A stretch of DNA of 62,466 nucleotides, the filler included, from Rhabdomonas costata (taxonomy: Eukaryota), in NCBI GenBank assembly GCA_019059605.1. It is 38 parts of 38 records of this genome, joined end to end, with 100 filler letters (N's around TTAATTAATTAA, not from the genome) between each part and the next. Parts side by side here need not be neighbours in the genome. Positions count along the whole stretch, not along the records: positions 49,404 to 50,948 come from JAHMHO010013347.1; positions 51,049 to 52,593 come from JAHMHO010013348.1; positions 52,694 to 54,239 come from JAHMHO010013349.1; positions 54,340 to 55,884 come from JAHMHO010013350.1; positions 55,985 to 57,529 come from JAHMHO010013351.1; positions 57,630 to 59,174 come from JAHMHO010013352.1; positions 59,275 to 60,819 come from JAHMHO010013353.1; positions 60,920 to 62,466 come from JAHMHO010013354.1; 30 more parts are not named here. One strand, given 5' to 3'. The notes under the pieces were generated by a model. It worked only from the letters and a program-made list of their open reading frames with translations. It had not been told where the DNA came from and ran no database searches. A program made the position numbers and the translations under genes. Below, piece after piece: positions 49,404 to 61,260 of this stretch (the stretch's first letter is position 1; the number at the start of each line of letters is the position of its first letter).

Positions 49404-50948
49404 ATTCCCTGCCGCGCCCGGCCTCCACGTGAGGCGGTGACAAGGAACAGCACTCTGTTGGAGCTTTGGGCGAAGACGCAATCGAGTCATTGTCACAGAA
49501 AGGGCGGTGCCACTAAAAATCTGAACGTTGCCTGTCACGTGTTCCTTGGCATTTTCCAAAACCTCAACCCAGACGGAGACATCCGTTAGTGGGGCATTGA
49601 TATTATGAATAACTACGGATTCAACGGCAAACGGAAGAAGCAATGAATCTTCAGAACGATCTGCTGCAGCCGTCCAGACCAAGAGCTGAATAGCGCCATC
49701 GATAATTGGGGGGTGGAGACAGCATGACCGCCCCCAAAACGTCGATGAAGAAAAGAGTTGGGCAACAGCTTCAGCTTGACCTCTGTGAACACACTTCAGG
49801 GTGCGAAACTCGGCCCCATACCGAAGTCCAATGGAATCCAACATCGCGTACACCGAGGTAGAATCAGCTTTGGTCGCACAACGAGATTTAGCTGCCAACA
49901 GATTCTGTTGCGGACAACACCAATGAGGCGTATTTTGCAAACAGTGAACCTCGCCACGTGCATGAACAACTTCGTTCGCCTCCAAATTCTGCATAAACAT
50001 CCGAAACTCGCCTGAATGCGAGATGTGGCATACCAACTCTGAAGGCTGCGGATCAGGAGTACCGGTGATTACTACGGGCCGCTCGAAAATGACATTCTCG
50101 AGAACCAAGCACAGCGTGAACTGCGTGCCCAAAGCACTGTTTCGCCTCAATGCCGCCGCTGTGGTCATTTCAAGAAGTCCAGCAGCAGGAAGTACGACGG
50201 AGTCATGAACACGATGTCCCTGAAAGACTTCCCAAAGTCGTTCGCCAACAGAGGCGGCAACGGCAAATTCCTTCGGTTTCAACAGTCGCTGCAGCAGAAG
50301 ATGAGGAGCCTTCCTCCAGGGTAGGGAAATTCGGTCGAACTTGGGCAAACGAATGGACTTGGGTTTTGGTAAAATATACTTTGTCGAGAGCTCCGTTAGT
50401 TGAGACATGCGCCCTTCGGAGCAGCACAAAATCGCCGGAATACAAAATACCCCCAACTCCTCTACAATGCTATGTACCAAGGGTGCAACAGCAGGCCGCG
50501 GTCCGATCTCCACGACAACGTCAACCTTTGGCTGGTCCGGTCCAAACAAAGACTTCAAAGCGCTTTCAAATCGAGCGGATTGCAGGATATGCTCCCTCCA
50601 GTGCTCAGGTCCTGGGGGTGCAAGGAAGGACAAAGCCTGCCCTGTAACAGCGGATATCACCTTAACATTCTTGCCAGGTGCCCTAAACTCCATAGTACCC
50701 AGGACACCAGCCATGGCGTTTGCTACAGGGGCCATCGCGGGTGAGTGAAAAGCATGAGAAACTTCCAGCCTTTCGTGCCGCACCTGCAGATCCTGAACCA
50801 GGAAGCGCAGCGACAGCAGGGGACCTGAAAGAATCACCCTATTCAAACCATCAACCGCTGCAATCTGGACATGGGGTGCCTGGGCTGAGCATCGTGCTAT
50901 CGCCTCCAGCGCCCGTTTCTCCCCAACACTGACGGCAAACATCGCCCC
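49404..50948 (-). CDS. Type I polyketide/fatty-acid synthase segment (AT C-terminal half, linker, DH), open across the whole contig
   Basis: AM.AV, IAAV.G...V.LSG, LEVSHAFHSPAM, W..H....ARFE, VEIGP (AT); GHRVHDSVVLPAAG, GLRYGAEFRTL, LHPPIIDGAIQ, LLPFAV (DH). Confidence 0.95.
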
Positions 50949-52206
50949 NNNNNNNNNNNNNNNNNNNNNNNNNNNNNNNNNNNNNNNNNNNNTTAATTAA
51001 TTAANNNNNNNNNNNNNNNNNNNNNNNNNNNNNNNNNNNNNNNNNNNNGGGTGGGGGGGTGAGAAAACGCTGCTGTGCAGCTTGACTGCCTTTTCAGAGA
51101 CTGCGCTCGCTGAAGTTCACATATCTCTCTCTGCGAGCATCCTCCTTTATCTCGACGAGATGACGTCCTTCGCATGGAAAACTGCAAAGAAATCCTCCCT
51201 CCAAAGTGTGGTGGAGCAAGAGAATCTTAGCACAGCACAGGTCTTGGAGTCGGAGAGTGAAGAAAGTACGTTATATCGAGTTTTCAGCGAGCAATTTAGT
51301 CCTGGACAGAGAGAAATTTTGAGAAAACTGGAAGCCTCTTATATTCTCCCAGTGTCTGGAGAGACCGGGTGCGCACCAAACATTCGCCCGCGAGACCTTT
51401 GACCTTCACCTGCATCCTCACCACCATGGCCGACTGAGCTGCTGAGGAACTCGGGTTCTGCAGCAATGACTAAGAATGCCCTGGGTGAGTACACCGTAAG
51501 ATTCGATTCCACCTTCACGCTACAGACGACCAGGTCCTGCACGCCGCAGACCGGGAAGGAAGAAATTGCAGCAGGTTTCCAATATAGGTCTCCCCTCATT
51601 CTAGTCTCGTATCTTTCAGCTTCTACTTTTTGCAGACCAGAAGTTGGAGCGTACGCATCTTGTGGAAACGGTGCGGCGATCGAAATACAAAGGGGGCGAC
51701 AACTGACCCAATGGGTGAGATTCAAGCCGTCTCTGCCTCCAAAAATGCCTGAAAGTTCGGTTTCCCTTTCACGGTCTCTGACTTCGCCGGCCTACTGAAC
51801 TAAACACCCGATTAAGATGTAATGCAACAGGCAAACCTACATGAACAAGGTTGGGGTGTCTGCTGTGAATTCCGCATACTTCGATTGTATCACGACCAGC
51901 AACTGTGAGAGTTTCCTCCGTTTTATCGTTTCTTCCATCTTTCCCCAGCCACCCGCTGAGCGCACTGGATGCACTCGTGGGGTTCGTCCTTTTGGGCGTC
52001 CTTGGGCTGACTTTTGGCTGTGCTCCGGTTGGTGAGTTCTTGGTCGTTTATCATTCTCATTTTATCAAGTTGGAAGATGACCGCCGCGACAACTTCCTTG
52101 TGTGCAATCCCCACTACCGACCGAAGGTACGGACGGGAACTGTTTTGGTACCATTTGGAAGGAGACTGTACTGTGCAACGAAGGCACGAACGCAGGTAAC
52201 ATATAC

Positions 52207-52469
52207 CCCGTGGACTCCATCCGGGCGGCCAGGTTGACGCACTTCCCCCAGCAGTCAAACGCGGGGGTCTTCCCTGGCAGCACCCCGCACACCGCGGGCC
52301 CGCACGCCATCCCGATCCTCCACAGCGGCCTCTGCAGGGGGTGCGAGGGGTCGCCCGGGCTGTCCTTCTTCAGCACGTATCGCAGCAGGGACATCCCGTC
52401 GGCGGGGTGTAGGAACTTCTCGCTGAAGACTTGCAGCAGGCAGGACGCGAACAGCAGCATCTGCATCAC
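52207..52469 (-). CDS. Class III nucleotide cyclase catalytic exon (adenylyl-type)
   Basis: RIGMACGPAVCGVLPGKTPAFDCWGKCVNLAARMESTG; Asp in FDCWG suggests ATP specificity, and the catalytic N/R pair is present. Confidence 0.93.
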
Positions 52470-52749
52470 CTGAACAGGGGTTAGCGGCGGGATATGCACA
52501 CTTGCCCACCCACGAACAAAAATTCAACCGAACTTATGCAGCAGCAGAGAGGGGGGTGGGGGGGTCTTTTATAACTTGCTGAACCCCCCAAAANNNNNNN
52601 NNNNNNNNNNNNNNNNNNNNNNNNNNNNNNNNNNNNNTTAATTAATTAANNNNNNNNNNNNNNNNNNNNNNNNNNNNNNNNNNNNNNNNNNNNGGTGTTG
52701 GGTACAAATCGGGTTCGGGTTCAGCACCATGTTTGGCTTCAACGCAACC

Positions 52750-53273
52750 ACGCCTGACACCTTAATCTTGAAGTCCCGGAACTCATGGGCCTCCGGGTCC
52801 TTGTCCTTCTCCGGTGCTCCGAAGCAGTCCTCATTCAGCTCGCCGCGCTTCAAGTAAGCAAAGATCTCCTTCATCCAGTCTTTTTCCGGGATCTCGTACA
52901 GCAGTTTGAACTTGTACTCTCCCTTCACGGTGTCCCTGCTGTACACGGTTCCGAAGTAACCGCTCAGCCCACCAGTAGAGGTGTTCAGGGGTCTGGAAGT
53001 GTTTGGGTAACCAGGGCAACCGCTGGAGATCTCCGGGCGTGAGTTGCCATTCAGGAGAGGCATCGGCGTTCTGGGCTGGCTCGGACTCCCAGAAGTCTCA
53101 ACGGAATCCTCTGGGTCATCAAGGATTACCATGAAGCGATCAAAGTACCTCCCAGGGGAGGAGGGCTGCTTGGTGAGAAACCGGTTGACCAGCAGATCGA
53201 CGTGTTTGTACAGCTTCTCGCTTCGGATGTACTGCACCTGGGGGTCATCGCCGATCCCGCGGACACCCGGCAT
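52750..53273 (-). CDS. Protein with an N-terminal RIIa/Dpy-30-like docking domain
   Basis: QYIRSEKLYKHVDLLVNRFLTKQPSSPGRYF fits the D/D pattern; long coding-like open frame from the ATG; exon end uncertain. Confidence 0.6.
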
Positions 53274-54435
53274 TGCTTCACGCGCAAAAATATCTTTCGT
53301 TCCGCTTCAGTATCTCAAAAACCACATGCAACAAAAGAATTCTGGAAGGAGAAAAACAAGGAGTTACGCGCGAACCTTCCGAGCAAAACTCGAGGTCCTC
53401 TTGCCCCCCCTTCAACGGGGGATGGGCCAGCCATGTTCTCTGCCCACTCGTACCTCACTTAGGCACTTCCCTGGTGGCGCAGGATTGGTCACACCCAAAG
53501 AAACTATGGCCACAGCGCACGCGAGGCCTTGTAAATCTCGACTGATGTGATGATTCTGGGTGGCCGAACCTTCCGGGGTCGTATATCTCCCTTGACTATT
53601 CACTTTGGAGCCTGAATCCTCACAGGCGCTGCACTGGCCGAGTGACCTCCTGGCTTGGTCACGTTTTTTTCCTGTTCACATTGCCAGCGTGAACCACTCG
53701 AAATCATCTGCCACATTTCCGATCGCTCCTCTGAAACCTCAGAAGGCCAGGTACTTCGGACCCCCTCGGGCCTTGCTCCTTTTCTCGCATCACGCCCGTT
53801 CCGCCCGTCGGGTTCATTACGCTTCCGCTATCACTTCCACACGTTCGGCCGCCAGCAGAAGCCAGTCCCCTGAGTCCTTACCCGTGCGCATAGGCTCGCC
53901 TTCTCCCTTGGAAGTCCGATCAATCTCAGGTTTTTTTTCTATTTCCCTTCCTAAGCCCACGCCCAAACGCGCCCAAAACAGTCCGCCCAAACCTGATGCC
54001 AACACAGTGCGCCCAATTCCGGGGTAATCTACAATGCAAAACCATCTGATGCATACTGTCAACACACACACACACACACACACACACTTTGTGCAGTTGG
54101 CCAAGACGACTTTTTTCTGGGGAAGACTCGCGTTTATCTTCCTCCGCCCCCGGGCTCTCCACCCTCGATGGGGCATGGACCCCCTTCTCGCCTCGCTGCC
54201 TCACGTTACTCTTGAAATACCCTTGAAATACCCAAACCCNNNNNNNNNNNNNNNNNNNNNNNNNNNNNNNNNNNNNNNNNNNNTTAATTAATTAANNNNN
54301 NNNNNNNNNNNNNNNNNNNNNNNNNNNNNNNNNNNNNNNGGTTTTTTGTCTCGCTGTTTTCCTAAATGGCCCTGTCTCCCGCTCCTAAGCCCCGATTGAT
54401 TGGTTGGTACTGTGCGGATGTTTTTGCTGCGCCAG

Positions 54436-55403
54436 GTTAGCCAGCTCCTGTTGGAGTACATCGACAAGGCCACTCTGCCCTCCACCCCAGTGGTCCGCGA
54501 GGCCAGTGCAGAGGAGTTGAAGGGGATCTTCTCCGCACTGGGTCCGTGGATCCGTGGGTGGTTTTGGACGTTTTCCTTCTAACGGACAGAAGTGCTTTGA
54601 CCTTTAGGGAGGTCTTCATCCCCTGAACCCTGTACCTGGATACCATGTACGGTATGAACCCTGGGTCACTGGCTCAGACAATACTGGTGCACAAGAAGAG
54701 ACCTTCTTCAGAGAGACCCTCTCCCTCTTCCCATCAGACAACCCCTTCTCTTTTTAAGGGCCGGTTTGCACAGGTTGCTAACGCGCACCCTCTGGTTTGC
54801 AAGCTTTGCCATGAGAATGCCAGCTTTTAGCTGATTTGGTGGCACCCACTACGTCGGGGGGGGGGGTAATGGAGAGTCGTAACGGTTACCAGTGGTAACA
54901 GAAGACTTATCAAAACATTGTTCTATTTTAGCTTGCAAAAGTATAGGTATCTTAAGCAAGCACCTTCCAAATGAGTTTTTCGTTGTCAAGTCTAGTGCTT
55001 GCTGAGGTAGTCTATAGCTGGGATATGGGCGGAGGAATCGCACAGCATCAGTTTTGAAGCGAAGGCTAGCGACGCGGAGGCCAGTCGGGACCTGGGTCTT
55101 TTAAAATATACTCCAATAGAAATAAATTTTACTGCTCCCCAAACAGATACACATGTCAATTGCACCAATACTTCTGGGCCAGCCCGTGAAACGCCCTCGT
55201 GGTGTGTTTGGCTCTTTTTTGGCGATAGTTTGTATTTGTGTGTGATATCAGGGGTGCCTGTGGCGTTGCCGGACCAGGTTGACCCCCGTGAGCCGGAGGC
55301 CCTGCTCGCCGCGACGCAGGCCGTGCTGCGATACTCCGTGAACACGATGCACCCGCTGTATCTCGGGCAGCTGTACGGTCATCACGATCCCGTCTCCACA
55401 GCG
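54436..55403 (+). CDS. Group II PLP-dependent decarboxylase (GAD/CSAD-like) N-terminal exons 54436-54541 and 55252-55403
   Basis: LLLEYI......PVV...AEEL ... LL.....VLRYSVNTMHPLYLGQLYG..D matches GAD-family L.YSV.T.HP.F.NQL; phase-1 join. Confidence 0.88.
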
Positions 55404-58400
55404 GTAACCCGCTGCACACAATCACCACTGACACGCTTTATGGGGGGAGGGGGGAGGGAGGATACGCGGCGTGTTCATTCTGTGCCGGTGGTTGACTCAG
55501 CGCGCGCACACACACACCCCGCGGACTCCTCCTCTCCTTATCCTCACGATTTTTCCGTATTTGCACATCTTTCAGCGGATACAACATATTTTCTTCATAA
55601 TGACGCGATTGTTCTTGCAGTGAGCAATCTACAGACTCACAGGAGTTAGCCTCTCCCATGAGCTTCCCGTATTTCTATCCAACATAATCGGGTGTTGCCG
55701 AAGCGGAAGACGGTCTAGTTAATGGTGAGTTTCCAGGTTCTAGTTGCAACATTGCGGTGACATCTGAAGCGTTTACATCTGTATATGATATCTGGCCAGT
55801 CGTTCGGCCAGACATCTGTTCAAAGTTGTCATTTGTTCCGCCTATGCTGTGTGCTGCACTATAGCAGTGCCCCCCACCCACAACNNNNNNNNNNNNNNNN
55901 NNNNNNNNNNNNNNNNNNNNNNNNNNNNTTAATTAATTAANNNNNNNNNNNNNNNNNNNNNNNNNNNNNNNNNNNNNNNNNNNNTGGTTTGTGTTCGACC
56001 GTGGAAACGACCTTTGGGGTCATAAGCTCCTCGGCTGCCGCTGCGGATGCTTTGCACCACTCTTCTTCGTGATCCTGTTCTTCCTTCCGAAATTGTCGTC
56101 GTAATCGCGGTTCCCGTCCGGCCTTAGTCGGTCCGACTCAAGGGTGATTTTGAGTTTTGGCAACTTATGTCTGGAACAATAGCGGGTCTGGTCTCCATGG
56201 CCAATTGTATTTTTCCAGAAATTCCTATTCCCAATTCTGCTTCGTATACCTTTTCTCGGGGCTGGAAAGAACAAAAAAATGAAACAATCGGAGCGGGAAA
56301 ACTAGATGCTGCAACGGAACCACTTTCAAGTTATAGTAAATTTCTTTTCGTGGTGCGTTGCCCGGTTCAAGTGGGAAAACAGCGTGTCCTTTCCACGGCC
56401 TACCCGGCAAGTTTCCGAGATCATGGGGCAGAAAGGTACTTTGGATGAGCGGTTTGTACGGTTCTGATTTTGGGTGGAAACCACTGTGTTCGCGGAACCT
56501 AGTGAGTATTTACGATTGTAGCCAGGGACAAGTTCACAGAGATGGTAAATTGACACAAAAAAAAAGAAACTTTAAGACCGCAAAAAAAGTTACAGCCGCT
56601 TCTAAAGAACCACAAAATAGAAGCGTTCAACCAATTGGGCCCTCCACAACAACCATTAATAGCCGCATCCTCAAAAGCCGGCGCCGGAAATAAGCCAACC
56701 CCAAACAGCAATGCAAGGACGGCTTCATCGCAATTTTCACATGCAAAAGGTTTTAAAGGCAGAAAGCAGGCTCAAGATCAACAGGTGGAGCTAAAGTTTG
56801 AAATAGATCATCAGCGGAAAAGGTCTCGGATACATGCACTAAAGCAATCCCGAGCAAGCAAAAATGGAACTCTACGTTGGTTCAGAACAGTTGCGGGAAC
56901 CTTTTTTGCAACGCATGCCATCTGAGTTTGTCATTACGTGTGAAAAACGTCTCTCAACTTACATACGAAATCGAAACGCAAACCCAACACCCACTTCACT
57001 CACGCTACCAAACACTGTCAACAACACCACGCACACTATACACTCCCCATTGCGCGTGAACATAGCTACCACAAACCAATCATAGGCACACCAACCGCAC
57101 TATCAACCAACACTGATACCCACCAACAGAACAACACCATAATACCATGATCACAACCACCCCAACCCGACCAGCCTCGTTTACAATTCCAGCACCAAAC
57201 ATCCGCATAAATACAATCCAACAAACACCGTAAGGTACAACTCACAGCACCTCGACCCAACACCATCACTACCACCACAACTCACTCGAAACCCACGCTA
57301 CAAACCAGCACCAAAATACCCAGATACATCCACTACCAACCCTGCTACAAACCAACCGCAACACAGCAACACCTACACATCAAAGCCCAGCATTACTAAA
57401 TACGCACACATCCACTTCAACCCCTGTACAAACAAATCCTCAGAGAGCCACTACATATACATCTCATTACTCACATACATGCACCTGATGCGCTAACATG
57501 AAAATGCAATCAAATACCGCCCCAAAAAANNNNNNNNNNNNNNNNNNNNNNNNNNNNNNNNNNNNNNNNNNNNTTAATTAATTAANNNNNNNNNNNNNNN
57601 NNNNNNNNNNNNNNNNNNNNNNNNNNNNNTGTGTGTGTGCTTGCAGTGCACGTTTTCGATTTCTCTCCGGCCACCAGAAAGACATGCTTATGGACGCTTA
57701 CATTTTTTCTGCATTTTGTGCGCTTCAGGTAAGCGTCTTCTGATGACCTTCCCTCTACCGAGCGCACCGCAGACGTCGTCTCTGTTGCAATCCTTTTCTC
57801 AAGACGCGATGGGTGTGTGTGCGTGTGTGTGAGGAGGGGGCTGAGACGTTGGCCGGCTTCATCATAAATCAGGGCACCGTATGTACTGACCTGGTACTGA
57901 CCTGGTACTAACCCAGCATTTTCGCATTTTCTGTGAACCCTTTTATGCAATACTCCTCCTTGGCCAGGTGTCAGAGAACGGATTGTTTTGTGGTTGTGGT
58001 AATGCCTTAGGAAAGCAGCCTTTAGTGCCCTTTCCTGTCCATGGTTCAGTGGAATCGACACTTCCCTGCCCAAGCCAACGTACTCCTAAAGGTGTGCTGC
58101 CGTGATTAGGACCCTCCTGATCGCCGTCGGTTCGAGAAAAAGGTGTTGGAGGAGAGCTGGCAGTCGAGGAAATAGTTTCCCCTTCCCATTGCCCTCACCA
58201 CCTCGCGCCGAACTACTTAACCACCTATTGTCCCGCGTTCCCCTCCCTATTCAATTGACCTCGACACGTCAGCACCCCCGGCTGTTTCACTTTCTTCTCT
58301 CCTGTTCAAGCTTCGCAGCTTGGCCGGATAGAGTGCAGTCTTATAAACGTTGTTGACTCATCGTGAAAATTTGTCATTTCGGTCCTGAGCCTGTGGCTTT

Positions 58401-59732
58401 TTTATAAACTGTCGGTGAGCTCGTTTTTTTTTCGGCGCTTTCTCGGGTTTTATGCTGGACTCCTACCGGCATTTTGCGTCACGTGTATCCTGGATTGATC
58501 ACAGGAAATCAGCAGCAACTCATGTCTGGATTCGTATCATCTGGGCCCCTTCCCCATGCCGCAACGGAACACCGCCCGGTTGTGGGCGTCAACGGGTGTG
58601 GTCGCTGCCCACCCTGTGCTGTTTGGGAAGCCTTGGAAAGCCTGTCTTGCCTTTGAGATTTTTCAGGGACGTTCCGTAAGGCTATTGTGGCGAATTATTC
58701 TGAAATCTGAATGTCGTGTGGGCTAATCCGTCAGTCCTTTTTGCAACATAAAGTCGCTTAGAGCTCAGGATGCTAAAAAATGATGTCGCTTAACAATGGA
58801 TATCGGGGTGCGAAATAACTTGTGTGCCCTTTGGAACTTTTGTGACCAACTTCGGAAAGGCTAGCGCAATTTTTTTTGCGCACTTGCCAACTGCTGCTCT
58901 CCATGCATCACACGCCCGTGTTCAGCGTTAACTGCCCCATGTGCGGTCGAATACATGCCATTTCCGAGGCACCGTGCGTTTTAGCATGGTTCACATATGG
59001 TTGAACATAGTCCACAAAGCTGCTGTGTCACGCCATGGATGTCTTTGTGGAAGGGTATCTTGCTTGCATCCGCGCATGACAGGCCGGTGAACAGCGGGGC
59101 ACACAAAACCCATAACCAAACGATGCCAGTCCAAGCGAGCCCTCCCTCGCCCGCACCCGGGCTGGAGCAGCTGCNNNNNNNNNNNNNNNNNNNNNNNNNN
59201 NNNNNNNNNNNNNNNNNNTTAATTAATTAANNNNNNNNNNNNNNNNNNNNNNNNNNNNNNNNNNNNNNNNNNNNGGGGGTGTGGGAGGGAGGTCACCAAA
59301 AGAAAAGTGTTGGAGCAAACGAGATAGGAAAAACAGACAGTCGAAGCAGATTAGGAAGTCACAAGATGGAGACGATGTATTAGGGACCACTCCGCGAATC
59401 TTGGTACTTCAAAGAAGGTGAGGGGAACTTTTGTTCCAGGAGGCGCGACCAAAACGTTCCAGCGCCCGAGGTACGCGAGGGTGATAAGCGAGTCAGTTGA
59501 GGCTAGCCAGAGAGGATCGCGGGTAGGTGCCCTGCGTAGGTGGGCTGGTTGGGTTCTGTTGGGGGGACGGGGAGCGTTGTATTGAGACTTTGCAGATATT
59601 GCTGAGACTTCTCTTTCAATGGCAGGGGATGCAGGCGAAGAAAAGCTTCTCAGGCGGGCCCGGAAAATTTTGGAGGGGAGGGGGCCTCCAGCCTGTTTCA
59701 ATTGAGAAACAATCAGGATGAAACGCACACAC

Positions 59733-60819
59733 CTGACTGGTGGCCTGAATCACCGAGGAGTGGATCGAGATCAGCGAGGACTCATCGTCGAGAAGATGAT
59801 GGAACCCGCCAATGTCCATCTGCAGCACGGACACCATGCGGTGGTTCAGCACGCCGACCTGCCGGTTCACATTGGAGGTGTGAAGTTTTTTTTTCGGCAT
59901 CACGGAGGCCCGAGAGCCCCTGCGGGTTCCCCGAGAGGCCCTTCGCCCGGGACCATCTTGGGGCTTGTCGCGATGCGCCGGTGTGGGCTCGCTGAGCATC
60001 GTCTCCGAGCTTCGGCTTGTGGTAACCCCTGGCTGGCCCTCAGGAGAGTAGTGCCCCTGCCGAAAGGAACCCGTCACTGGAGCGATGCGGCGGTGACCGT
60101 TGCTGCTGCATGGGCTGTCGGGCGGTCCGGGCTTCTCCTGCTCCTCGGGCGCGGCGCCGGCCTCGCTGGGGGGCGCATCCCCGGACCCCAGCACAGCCTC
60201 CGGGAGATACGCTCGGAACTCCTGAAGGATCAGTGCGGGCACGCGGTCAGGGGCAGAACTGGAGCAGAAGCTTAGGCTTAGTCTTCGAAGAAGCTAGGCA
60301 GAGTCCGCCAAAAGAGAAGCATTCTCTCTGAAAAGACGTAATCACGAAGCGGAAAAGGGGAAAAGATAACCAGAGAGAGACTTCTGTGTGAAAATTCCAA
60401 TATGAGACTTGCATGCGTCCCTACAGGAGCACATAACGACGGGGGATCACTCCACCTCAATACAGACGCATCCCAGGGAAATAAAGAACACGCGACAACA
60501 CACTGCCAAAAAGTGGAGGAACACCATACACCAAAAACCCGATAAAATACCGTCAGCTTGCTCACCATCGTCCCAAAGAACGCTTGGATGTCCGCAATCT
60601 CCTCGAACCGGCTCGGCTTCTGATTCACAACGTCCAGGTTCATCTCCGCAACCTCCTCCATCTGGTGGCTCAGCCGGATCAATGGCGCCGTCACAAGGTA
60701 CGAGATCAGCAGCCCCGCCGTGATCGCCAGAACAGCAATCGCCGCCGCAGTGTAGATCAGCATTCGGGAGGCCGCCGCGTTGATGTCCGCGAAGAGCTGA
60801 GTCAGTGAGATAACCACAC
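59733..60819 (-). CDS. Receptor-type class III nucleotide cyclase (TM-HAMP-linker-start of cyclase domain); exons ..60551 and 59733-60221
   Basis: TM helix, HAMP (VTAPLIRLSHQMEEVAEMNL...SRFEEIADIQAFFGTM), FRAYLP signalling helix, and VSVLQMDIGGF with the first metal-binding Asp. Confidence 0.88.
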
Positions 60820-61192
60820 NNNNNNNNNNNNNNNNNNNNNNNNNNNNNNNNNNNNNNNNNNNNTTAATTAATTAANNNNNNNNNNNNNNNNNNNNNNNNN
60901 NNNNNNNNNNNNNNNNNNNTCTATCTCACGCAAATGTGATGTCAGTCTGAAGTACTCCTGGGTACCCTCACTAGACACACTAAGGACCTCGGTCTGAGAG
61001 CTTGAGCGCTGGTCTTGACCCTGAAAAGGCCTTAAAATGGCACTTTTGGGGGTTCTTTGAAATTTTCGAAGTCCAAAGGCCCGTCTGACAATTTTTTGGC
61101 CCTTGGCCACCCTGTTCCACGAACTATTCGGCACCAATCAAGAAAAAGAGTGTATCGGAGATCTTTTTTCGGGCAAGCGAAGCTTTTTTGTC

Positions 61193-61260
61193 CTGATGAC
61201 ATGGGGGTTGTCTCCTGATGACATACTGATGACACACTGATGACAGCTGATGACAGCTGA
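61193..61260 (+). repeat. Irregular repeat of CTGATGACA (5 copies plus a partial)
   Basis: Direct inspection; spacing of 10-11 nt in the last four copies. Confidence 0.85.

Noticed and set aside
57850-58073. GREVSIPL...RKCENAGL resembling a tyrosine recombinase segment
   Set aside because: The catalytic HxxR and downstream H/Y are not identifiable; similarity is too weak.
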